Assembly: GCA_040767965.1 (NCBI GenBank)
Contig: JAXGNR010000004.1
Coordinates: 352,001-416,000, forward strand
Reading direction: 5' to 3'
DNA from: Atribacterota bacterium
GTDB lineage: Bacteria; Atribacterota; Phoenicimicrobiia; Phoenicimicrobiales; Stramentimicrobiaceae
Length of the DNA: 64,000 nucleotides
Shown here: positions 29,969-38,752 of the stretch, piece after piece
How positions within the stretch are numbered: position 1 is the stretch's first letter
Layout: each line of letters starts with the position of its first letter
Program-made: the position numbers and the translations under genes
Notes under the pieces: model-generated
Seen by the model: the letters and a program-made list of their open reading frames with translations, nothing else
What the model was told of the DNA's origin: nothing
Databases searched by the model: none

Positions 29969-32026
29969 TTGGATAAAAAAGACAAAAGACTAGATGCCAG
30001 TAAAAAGGAAGAAAAGAAGCTAACAAAAAATATACAGGGCAATAATACCGGGAATATTGTTGATGAAGAAAATAATAATATTGATACCAAAAATACTGCA
30101 GAGAAAACAATTTCTAAAGCTGAACTGGAAGAGATGCTTGATCCAACCAGGGATGTGCAAGGCATTTCTAAAAAAATAATATTTATAATAGCAATAACCA
30201 TGTCTTTATTTCATCTTTACACTGCTGGTTTTGGTCTTTTGCTCTCAGCAATACAGCGTTCTTATCATCTGATGTTTGTTTTCGCATTAGGATTTTTACT
30301 TTACCCTGCCAGCAAAAATTCTTCTAAAACAAAAATACCTTTTTATGATTGGGTACTGGTAGCGGTTGGAATTGCAGTTACTTATTATATTCCAAACAAT
30401 TATGAACAGTTAATAAGAAGAGGAGGATTACCTACCCAGATTGATGTTGTAATGGGAGTCCTTTGCATCCTTCTGGTTCTTGAATTAACCAGAAGAGCAG
30501 TAGGAATAGCTTTGCCTTTAATCGCTATGGGGTTTTTATTGTATGGCCATTATGGGTATATTATTCCAGGAAGATTAGGGCATATTGGCTACAGTGTAAG
30601 ACGTTTAGTAAATCAAATGTATATGACTACTGAAGGTATATTCGGTACCCCACTAGGGGTGTCGGCCACCTTTGTTTTTATGTTTATTTTATTTGGCTCT
30701 TTTCTGGAGATAACAGGAGTAGGTCAATTTTTTATAGATATTGCTTTTGCTGCAGCAGGTCATATGCGTGGAGGACCCGCTAAGGCGGCTGTTATAGCAA
30801 GTGGTTTTATGGGTTCAATTTCTGGAAGTTCTGTTGCCAACACGGTTACTACAGGTAACTTTACTATCCCTCTCATGAAGAAAGTAGGATATAACCGTAA
30901 CTTTGCCGGAGCAGTTGAAGCGGCTGCCTCAACTGGTGGTCAGATATTGCCTCCTGTAATGGGCGCAGCTGCTTTCATCATGTCTGAATTTACCGGTATT
31001 GCTTATATAAAAATTATTATATCTGCTGCGATTCCAGCTTTATTGTATTATGCCGGCGTTTTAACCATGGTTCACCTGGAAGCCTGTAAACAAGGGTTGA
31101 AGGGTTTACAGAAAAAAGAATTACCCAACTTTAAAAAAATATTTAAAGATGGATTTCATTTAATTTTACCGATAGTTGCGCTATTGTATTTTTTAGTGAT
31201 ATATTCTCCTTTAAGAGCTGCTTTTTTAGCTATTGGTCTTTCTATTCTATGCAGTTTACTCAGGAAACATACAAGAATTAAATTTACTGATTTATTTATA
31301 GCTCTTGAGGATGGAGCTAGAAAAGCTATCGGTGTAGCGGTCGCCTGTGCCTGTGCTGGAATTATAGTGGGGGTTGTTACTTTAACAGGATTAGGGCTGG
31401 CATTTGGTGGCGTTATTGTGAGATTGGCATCAGGAATGTTACTGCCAACTTTAATTTTAACAATGTTAGCATCTATAATACTAGGGATAGGATTACCAAC
31501 TACCCCTAAATATATTATCCTGGCAACCATGGCTGTTCCGGCTATAATTTCATTTGGTGTTCCAATGCTGGCAGCCCATTTGTTTGTTCTGTATTTTGGA
31601 GTATTAGCTGATGTAACTCCTCCAGTTGCACTGGCTGCTTATGCCGGTGCAGGAATAGCTGGCGGTAATCAGGTTAAAACAGGTTTAATTGCTTTAAAAT
31701 TAGCCATGGCTGGTTTTATAGTTCCCTTCGTTTTTGCCATTAAACCAACCATGCTACTTGTTAACGTAACATTTTTCGATGCTGCTCTGGCAGTTGTAAC
31801 TGCATTTATTGGAGTAGTTGGATTGGGTGCAGCTGTAGAAGGATATTTGATAACTTATACCAGAATACATGATCGTCTTTTGTTATTATTGTCTTCTTTA
31901 ACCCTTCTTTTTCCGGGCATTGCCTCAGATATAGGCGGGTTCATCTTTTTTGGACTGGTTATTTTAATTCAAAATAAGAGGGTAAAAGACGAAAAATTAA
32001 AAAACAATCCTGCACCTATAGCCTAA
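29969..32026 (+). CDS. TRAP transporter fused 4TM/12TM permease
   Basis: GGPAKAAV, ISGSSVAN, EAAASTGGQ, GLPTT, DVTPPVALAAY. TTG start at 29969 inferred from AAGGTGG RBS. Confidence 0.92.
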   Translation: MDKKDKRLDASKKEEKKLTKNIQGNNTGNIVDEENNNIDTKNTAEKTISKAELEEMLDPTRDVQGISKKIIFIIAITMSLFHLYTAGFGLLLSAIQRSYHLMFVFALGFLLYPASKNSSKTKIPFYDWVLVAVGIAVTYYIPNNYEQLIRRGGLPTQIDVVMGVLCILLVLELTRRAVGIALPLIAMGFLLYGHYGYIIPGRLGHIGYSVRRLVNQMYMTTEGIFGTPLGVSATFVFMFILFGSFLEITGVGQFFIDIAFAAAGHMRGGPAKAAVIASGFMGSISGSSVANTVTTGNFTIPLMKKVGYNRNFAGAVEAAASTGGQILPPVMGAAAFIMSEFTGIAYIKIIISAAIPALLYYAGVLTMVHLEACKQGLKGLQKKELPNFKKIFKDGFHLILPIVALLYFLVIYSPLRAAFLAIGLSILCSLLRKHTRIKFTDLFIALEDGARKAIGVAVACACAGIIVGVVTLTGLGLAFGGVIVRLASGMLLPTLILTMLASIILGIGLPTTPKYIILATMAVPAIISFGVPMLAAHLFVLYFGVLADVTPPVALAAYAGAGIAGGNQVKTGLIALKLAMAGFIVPFVFAIKPTMLLVNVTFFDAALAVVTAFIGVVGLGAAVEGYLITYTRIHDRLLLLLSSLTLLFPGIASDIGGFIFFGLVILIQNKRVKDEKLKNNPAPIA

Positions 32027-32069
32027 TCTTGCTAAAAATCTTTTTTAATAAACAATAAAGGAAAATTTA

Positions 32070-32111
32070 AACGCATGGAGATTTTTAAATAAATGTCCAT
32101 GCGTTATTTTT
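32070..32111 (+). terminator. Intrinsic terminator after TRAP operon
   Basis: AACGCATGGA...TCCATGCGTT followed by ATTTTT. Confidence 0.7.
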
Positions 32112-32184
32112 ATCTGGAATCTTTAATAGATTTGCAGCAACTACAATTTAACTTTCTTTCAATTGCAAACCATAAACCCGTATT

Positions 32185-32247
32185 TTGACAATAAAGATAT
32201 GAACTGCTATAATTTTAACAAATAATGAAAAACCATTTCATTATTTG
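32185..32247 (+). promoter_or_regulatory. Consensus sigma70 promoter with a palindromic operator at the transcription start
   Basis: TTGACA-17-TATAAT (32185-32213), then perfect inverted repeat CAAATAATGAAA-AACCA-TTTCATTATTTG (32219-32247). Confidence 0.85.
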
Positions 32248-32285
32248 AAACATTAAACAAAAAAAATAAATAGGATTGGGGTATT

Positions 32286-33440
32286 ATGTTTAGAAAAAAA
32301 TTATCGGACTCTGGTCTAAAAATTCTACAAGGTAATGAAGCTTGTACTGAGGGGGCAATTGCCGCTGGATGCAAATTTTTTGCCGGCTACCCAATTACTC
32401 CTGCTTCGGAAATTGCTGAACACATGGCTGCAAGAATCCCTCAAAGTGATGGTGTATTTGTGCAAATGGAAGACGAGTTGGGGTCAATCAATGCAATTAT
32501 TGGTGCCCGCTGGGGCGGCAGTAAATCTATGACTGCAACTTCTGGACCTGGATTTAGCTTGATGCAGGAAGGATTAGGATATGGAATTATTACCGAAACT
32601 CCTATTGTGATTGTTGATGTGCAACGAGGAGGCCCTTCTACTGGTCAACCTACTTCATCTTCCCAACAGGACATTTACCAAGCCAAATACGGATCTCATG
32701 GGGATTATGAGCTAATAGCTTATGCACCTTCTTCAGTGCAGGAGATGTATGACTTTACTATAAAGGCTTTTAACCAAGCAGAAAAATATCGTGTGCCTGT
32801 AATTATTTTAGCTGATGAGATTGTAGGACATATGCGTGAAAGGATTGTGATCCCGGAAGAAATAGAGATTGAAAAAAAAGAATCTCCATCTTTTTGCCAG
32901 ACTCCTTATAGAGTAGACGAATCACTAATACCACCTTCAGTTGAGTTTTTCCAGGGGCATAATCTTATTATTGATGGACAGCTGCATGATGAAAGAGGGT
33001 TACGAGCTGCTCATTTGATCGATGTTAGTGAAAGATTAGTAAAAAGACTAAGTGAAAAGATACTGCAAAATATAGATGAAATAACAGATTTGGAAAGCTA
33101 TCAGACAGAAGATGCCTCCTTAATAGTGATAACTTATGGCAGTGTTGCCAGACCTTCCCTGGAGGCGGTTAAACAAGCTCGCTCTGCTGGTTTACCGGTA
33201 GGTTTTATTAAAATAAATACAGTCTGGCCTTTTCCAGAAAAAAAACTACAGGAGTTAACAGGAAAGTCCAATTCTATCATTGTACCAGAAATGAATCTGG
33301 GTAAATACTATCGGGAAATCAGAGGTGTTCTCAGAGATAAGAACATAATATCAATGCCTTTAGTAGGCGGGAATATTCACAAGCCTGTAGAAATCTTTAA
33401 TAAAATGAGGGAGGTATTTGATAATGCAAGAATTAGCTGA
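32286..33440 (+). CDS. korA: 2-oxoacid:ferredoxin oxidoreductase alpha subunit (KorA-like)
   Basis: GYPITPASE, QMEDE, TATSGPG, QRGGPSTG. Confidence 0.92.
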   Translation: MFRKKLSDSGLKILQGNEACTEGAIAAGCKFFAGYPITPASEIAEHMAARIPQSDGVFVQMEDELGSINAIIGARWGGSKSMTATSGPGFSLMQEGLGYGIITETPIVIVDVQRGGPSTGQPTSSSQQDIYQAKYGSHGDYELIAYAPSSVQEMYDFTIKAFNQAEKYRVPVIILADEIVGHMRERIVIPEEIEIEKKESPSFCQTPYRVDESLIPPSVEFFQGHNLIIDGQLHDERGLRAAHLIDVSERLVKRLSEKILQNIDEITDLESYQTEDASLIVITYGSVARPSLEAVKQARSAGLPVGFIKINTVWPFPEKKLQELTGKSNSIIVPEMNLGKYYREIRGVLRDKNIISMPLVGGNIHKPVEIFNKMREVFDNARIS

Positions 33441-34227
33441 AAAATATTTACGAAGAAATTCTCTGCCATTTATATTTTGCCCGGGGTGTGGTGACGGACA
33501 GATTCTTAATGCCACAATTAGAGCAATTGATTCCCTGGGGATAAAAGATAAAATAGCCTGTACCAGTGGAATAGGCTGTTCCGGATGGATACCGGTTTAT
33601 CTGGACTTAGACGTTATGCACACTGTGCACGGTAGGGCTATTCCAGTGGCAGAAGGATTAAAATTAAGTGCTCCCGAGAAAGATATTATTGTTTTTACCG
33701 GAGATGGAGATTGTATAGGAATTGGTGGAAACCATTTTATCCATGCAGCTCGAAGAAATATTGACCTAACTGTGGTTATGGTTAATAACTACATCTATGG
33801 AATGACAGGCGGGCAAAAAGCTCCAACAACACCACTGAAAGCAAAAACCAAAACCTCTCCATATGGCAATGAAGAAAGACCTTTTGATGGTGTGCAGCTG
33901 GCAATAGCTTCAGGGGCAACTTATGTAGCCCGTTGGAGCACATACCATATCCAGCAGTTGGAAAATTCAATTAAGAAGGCCTTGTTACATGAAGGATTTT
34001 CCTTTATCGAGGTATTATCTCAGTGTCCTGTCCAGGCCGGCAGGAATATCTTTAAAGAGAAAGATCCCTGGAAAATGATGCAGATATTCAAAAACAATAC
34101 AGTTCTCAAGGGAAAAGAAAAAAAAGGCGATCAGAGTAAAATAGTGATTGGGGAATTTGTCAACAAAGAAGAAAAGGAATATAGCCAATATTTAGCAGAT
34201 ATAAGGAGAGAAATAAATGAAAATTAA
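33424..34227 (+). CDS. korB: 2-oxoacid:ferredoxin oxidoreductase beta subunit
   Basis: FCPGCG, SGIGCS, HGRA, TPP motif GDGD...NNYIYGMTGGQ. Confidence 0.92.
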   Translation: MQELAEKYLRRNSLPFIFCPGCGDGQILNATIRAIDSLGIKDKIACTSGIGCSGWIPVYLDLDVMHTVHGRAIPVAEGLKLSAPEKDIIVFTGDGDCIGIGGNHFIHAARRNIDLTVVMVNNYIYGMTGGQKAPTTPLKAKTKTSPYGNEERPFDGVQLAIASGATYVARWSTYHIQQLENSIKKALLHEGFSFIEVLSQCPVQAGRNIFKEKDPWKMMQIFKNNTVLKGKEKKGDQSKIVIGEFVNKEEKEYSQYLADIRREINEN

Positions 34228-34432
34228 TATTGATGAACAATATTGTCAGGGATGCGGCATTTGTATCCATGTTTGTCCAAAAAATATTTTTCAACTCTCT
34301 GGCAAAAGAAGTAAAAGAGGTTATTTAATGCCTGAAACGGTCAATGAAGAAAATTGCATTGAATGTGGTTTATGTGAAAAGTATTGTCCTGATATCTGTA
34401 TAAATGTGGTAAAGGATAGGGTAAAAAAATGA
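34217..34432 (+). CDS. korD: 2x[4Fe-4S] delta subunit
   Basis: CQGCGICIHVCP and CIECGLCEKYCP. Confidence 0.9.
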   Translation: MKINIDEQYCQGCGICIHVCPKNIFQLSGKRSKRGYLMPETVNEENCIECGLCEKYCPDICINVVKDRVKK

Positions 34433-34971
34433 GAAAAGAAATAAGAATTTCAGGTTTTGGTGGACAAGGTGTAATTTTAAGCGGAATAATTTTAACACAA
34501 GCGCTAGGCCTGTATGAAAATAAAAAGGTTGCCCAAACTCAAAGTTATGGTCCTGAATCCAGAGGAGGTTCTTGCAAGTCAGAAATTGTCTTTTCGGATA
34601 ATGATATTGACTACATGAAAGTTGATAACCCGGACTATTTTTTAGCTTTTAACGAGATAAGTTACAAGAAATATATTCCCACACTATCAAAAGATTGTTA
34701 TATCCTGATTGACCAAACTTTTATCAGCGAAGTAAATTCAGAGTTTAAAAATGCACATAAAATCTATGCCACTAAAATTGCTGAGACAAAATTACGCGGA
34801 ATCGTGGCTAATTTGGTGATGCTGGGGGCTTTTGCGAAAACCAGTAATGTTGTTTCTTTTGAAGCTTTACAAAAAGCAGTACAAGATATTGTCCCTACTG
34901 CTTTTTGTAAAATGAACCTGGATGCTCTGGAAATCGGATATAAGGAAGTGGATAAAGATGAAGTGTTATGA
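34429..34971 (+). CDS. korC: 2-oxoacid:ferredoxin oxidoreductase gamma subunit
   Basis: SGFGGQG, QSYGPESRGG, ANLVMLGA. Confidence 0.9.
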   Translation: MRKEIRISGFGGQGVILSGIILTQALGLYENKKVAQTQSYGPESRGGSCKSEIVFSDNDIDYMKVDNPDYFLAFNEISYKKYIPTLSKDCYILIDQTFISEVNSEFKNAHKIYATKIAETKLRGIVANLVMLGAFAKTSNVVSFEALQKAVQDIVPTAFCKMNLDALEIGYKEVDKDEVL

Positions 34972-36119
34972 ATATGAAGGGAAAAGAATATTCGAGAAAT
35001 ACAATATTCCTATTCAAAGAGGAGTTTTGGCAGAGAATATAGATGAAGCCCTTTCCTTTTTTCAGAAAATAAACAAGCCTTGTGTTCTCAAAGCTCAGGT
35101 CTTAAGCGGAAAAAGAGGGAAGGCTGGAGGAGTAAAATTTGCCGAAAATGAAGTTGAATTAAAAGAAAAATTTGCTGCAATTAAAGGGATGGATATTTAT
35201 GGTGAAAAAGTAGAACGTTTGCTGGTATTGGAAAAAATAGACATTCAGCAAGAATTATATTTGGGCATTACTATTGATCCGGTTAAAATGGCACCAGTTA
35301 TGATATTTTCTCCTTCAGGAGGGATGGATATTGAAGAAGTTGCCCAAAAGTATCCGGAAAAAATATATAAATTTGAATTAGCTGAGAACCTGCAAATTTA
35401 CCATTATTATGATATGTTAACAGCTCTGGATTTAGACAACTCTCTCATGTCTCAATTGGCAAAAATAATGAGCAAGCTTACAAAATTATGTTTTCAAACT
35501 GATGCTACTACAGTAGAAATAAATCCGCTGGTTATAACAGATGACAATACTTTAATTGCCGCAGATTCCAAGCTGGTTATTGATGATAGGCCTTGTTCAG
35601 ACAAAAGTATTTAGGGCTGGAAAAAAGATAGAAGACCCTAATCCTTTAGTACAAAGAGCTGAACAGGCTGGTTTATCTTATGTACCTCTGGATAAAACCG
35701 GTGATATCGGTTCCATTGCCGGGGGAGCAGGCCTCGCTATGTCTACTATGGATACTATAAGATATTACGGAGGAAAACCGGCCAATTTTTTAGATATAGG
35801 CGGGGGAGCCAGTGAAGAAAAAATGGCTGAAGCGATTAAAATAATTGCTTCTCAACAAGGAGTAAAAGGCCTTGTTATAAATGTTTTTGGCGGGATAAAC
35901 AATTGCGAGTTTATGGCTAAAGGAATCAGAAAAGCAATCATTGAAGATAATATAAAAATTAAAATGGTAGTAAAGATGCGTGGCCATTTTCAGGAAATTG
36001 GCTGGAATATATTAGAAGAAATGCAAATTCCGGTAATTAAATATGGAACTACCGAGGAAGCTGTTAAATTGCTATTGGATATCCTGGGAGGGAGTAAAGA
36101 AAATGTCAGTACTAGTTAA
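34958..36119 (+). pseudogene. sucC: Succinyl-CoA synthetase beta subunit, split by two nearby -1 frameshifts (possibly sequencing errors)
   Basis: N-part (EYEGK, KAQV..GKRGKAGG, EINPL, DSKLVIDD) ends in frame 1. Conserved ALFRQ appears in the -1 frame at 35590. C-part (GGAGLAM, PANFLDIGGGA, NVFGGI) is in the third frame. Confidence 0.85.
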
Positions 36120-36966
36120 TAAAGATACTCAGGTTCTTGTTCAAGGTATTACCGGCACTCAAGGTCAGCTGCATACCAAATTGATGCTTGAATACAATGT
36201 TAAGGTTGTAGCAGGAGTTACCCCTGGTAAAAAAGGAGAAAAAGTCCATGGTATCCCGGTGTATAATACCATTATGCAGGCTAAAACAGATACTGCAGTG
36301 GATGCCTGCCTGATTCTAGTGCCGCCACCTTTCGTTTATTCAGCAGCCTGTGAAGCTATTGAAAATAAAATCCCTTTAATAGTTATAATTACCGAGCATG
36401 TTCCTGTGCATGATAGTATTCGTATTAGGAGAATGGCTCAACAGCATTCTATCAAATTAGTAGGACCAAATACAATAGGAGTAATTTCTCCCGGCAAGAG
36501 CAAGGTTGGCATCATGCCGGGTTATATTTATAGTGAAGGCAATATTGGAGTAATATCCCGCAGTGGTACTCTCACTCATGAGATTTCTTCTAACTTAACA
36601 TATCGAGGGCAAGGCCAATCCACCTGCATCGGTATTGGTGGAGATCCGGTAATCGGTCTGGATTTTATAGAAGCCTTTGAATTATTCCGTGATGACCCGG
36701 AAACAGAATCTTTGATTATGATTGGAGAAATAGGCGGTACCGGAGAGGAAAGAGCAGCTGAGTATATTAAACAATCAAAATATCCAAAACCTGTTTTTTC
36801 TTTTATTGCTGGACAAACAGCCCCTGAAGGGAAAAAAATGGGACATGCCGGAGCTATTGTTGGCAGAAATATGGGGTCTGCTAAATCAAAAATGCAAGCT
36901 CTATCCTCAGCAGGTGTGAAAAATGCTAATACCCTAGAAGAATTGCTGGACTTTGTTGCGAAATAA
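36103..36966 (+). CDS. sucD: Succinyl-CoA synthetase alpha subunit
   Basis: VQGITG, GVTPGK, GPNTIG, SRSGTL, GIGGD, GEIGG, phospho-His MGHAGA. Confidence 0.95.
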   Translation: MSVLVNKDTQVLVQGITGTQGQLHTKLMLEYNVKVVAGVTPGKKGEKVHGIPVYNTIMQAKTDTAVDACLILVPPPFVYSAACEAIENKIPLIVIITEHVPVHDSIRIRRMAQQHSIKLVGPNTIGVISPGKSKVGIMPGYIYSEGNIGVISRSGTLTHEISSNLTYRGQGQSTCIGIGGDPVIGLDFIEAFELFRDDPETESLIMIGEIGGTGEERAAEYIKQSKYPKPVFSFIAGQTAPEGKKMGHAGAIVGRNMGSAKSKMQALSSAGVKNANTLEELLDFVAK

Positions 36967-37079
36967 GCAGCAGTAAACCCAAATATTATTTATATTTATT
37001 TGTCATTAATCTAAAAATAATTCTATTTTGATTTATATAAATTATTTTAAATGAATTTATTTCATTCAAGGAGAAAGTT

Positions 37080-37895
37080 ATGAAAAGATTTGGTGCAATA
37101 GGTTTGTTTGATGCCGGTATAGGCGGTTTAAACATTGCTGATAGTATTTATAATAGATTTCCTGCTGAAAATATCATCTATTATGCAGATACTCTAAATT
37201 GGCCTTATGGAAATAAAAAACCTGAACAAATAATATCCTATAGCCTAAAAATAACCGATTATTTGAAAAGTGCACAGGGTTGTAAACTGGTTATTATTGC
37301 CTGCAATACTGCCTCTACTATTGCGGAAAAATTAGCAGCCAGTACTAATGAAATTCCGGTGTTAGGAACTATTGAAGCTACAGTTCAGGAAACTGCCCGC
37401 AAAACAAAAAGTAAAAAAGTAGGACTGCTGGCTACAGAAGGAACCATTGCCAGTGAGATATATCAAAAAATATTATGGGATACTTATCAGATAAAGACTG
37501 TAGATGTAGCAGGTATTGAATTATCCCCACTAGCAGAAAAAGGGGATTTTAAAAGCGAGAATACCTATCAGACCATCCTAAGATATCTGGAACCACTTTT
37601 AAAAGCCCAGGTGGATTCTATAATTCTAGGATGCACTCACTACTTGTATTTTCAATCAATTTTTGAAGAATTAAAAAAGCCGGGAATGGCCATTATTTCT
37701 CCTGCAAAAGGCATGTCTCAAGAAGTAGCTGATTTGCTGGAAAAATATACCTTGGCTTCTCCGTTGCCTGTCTGCAAGAGGAAAGTTAAATTTATTACCA
37801 GTAGCGAAAACGGTATTTCAAAAAATTTCCTTAAAAACAGCAAGCAGGTACTAAGTTTTAATCAAATGTCTTTTGAAGAAATCAATATTTTTTAA
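37080..37895 (+). CDS. murI: Glutamate racemase
   Basis: FDAGIGG, PYG, ACNTAST and LGCTHY with both catalytic Cys. Confidence 0.85.
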   Translation: MKRFGAIGLFDAGIGGLNIADSIYNRFPAENIIYYADTLNWPYGNKKPEQIISYSLKITDYLKSAQGCKLVIIACNTASTIAEKLAASTNEIPVLGTIEATVQETARKTKSKKVGLLATEGTIASEIYQKILWDTYQIKTVDVAGIELSPLAEKGDFKSENTYQTILRYLEPLLKAQVDSIILGCTHYLYFQSIFEELKKPGMAIISPAKGMSQEVADLLEKYTLASPLPVCKRKVKFITSSENGISKNFLKNSKQVLSFNQMSFEEINIF

Positions 37896-37938
37896 AATAT
37901 AAGTCAAGATAAATAATATTTCCAGGAGATAGCGTGAA

Positions 37939-38700
37939 ATGCCTGAACTTTCAAAAACAACACTTAGAACCCTTGATATATTAGAATTTTTAGCAAAATC
38001 AGAGAAACCTCTTTCTCTGGATGAAATAACTAAAAAAATAAACAAAAACAAAACAGCAGTTTTTCGCAGCTTACAAACCTTGATCTATAAAAACTATGTA
38101 GCCCAGGATAAGAATACCAACAAATATTTTGTCACTTTAAAATTAAGTACTTTGGGTAGAGAAGTAATGCAAAGAATTGATTTGGGTGAGATTGTATTTC
38201 CTTTCATGAAAGACTTGGTAGAAGAAGTCAATTTATCAGTTCACTGCTCTACCAGGGAAAGAAATGAAATAGTTTTTATTTATAATGTAGATCCATCTAA
38301 CAGCGATTTTAAGATATCCTTTGATCTGGGAAAGAGAAGCCCTATCTACTGTACTGCCGCAGGTAAGATTTTTTTAGCCTATCTTTCTGAAAATGATAGA
38401 GAAGAATTAATAGCAAATCTTAATTTTAAGCAATTTACCCAAAATACAATTACTGATCTGAACATATTACGTAAAGAGCTGGATCAAATTCTTAAAAAAG
38501 GATATGCTATTGATAATGAAGAACACAACCAGGGAATAATGTGTGTAGGTGCACCTATTAAAGATTATGATGGAAATGTTAATATAGCTATCAGTATTAT
38601 TGGATTAGCCAGCAATATAAAAAGCAAGGGAGTGCACAGATTAGGAAATATAATCAAAGAAACAGCTCTTCAAATCTCTCAGAAAATGAATTACAATTAA
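37939..38700 (+). CDS. IclR family transcriptional regulator
   Basis: N-terminal HTH; PIYCTAAGKIFLA, GYAIDNEE..G..CVGAPI. Confidence 0.93.
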   Translation: MPELSKTTLRTLDILEFLAKSEKPLSLDEITKKINKNKTAVFRSLQTLIYKNYVAQDKNTNKYFVTLKLSTLGREVMQRIDLGEIVFPFMKDLVEEVNLSVHCSTRERNEIVFIYNVDPSNSDFKISFDLGKRSPIYCTAAGKIFLAYLSENDREELIANLNFKQFTQNTITDLNILRKELDQILKKGYAIDNEEHNQGIMCVGAPIKDYDGNVNIAISIIGLASNIKSKGVHRLGNIIKETALQISQKMNYN

Positions 38701-38752
38701 ATTTCCATTGTGGGTTTTTCTATTTATTTTTATTGTATGTGAGAGGGATAGT

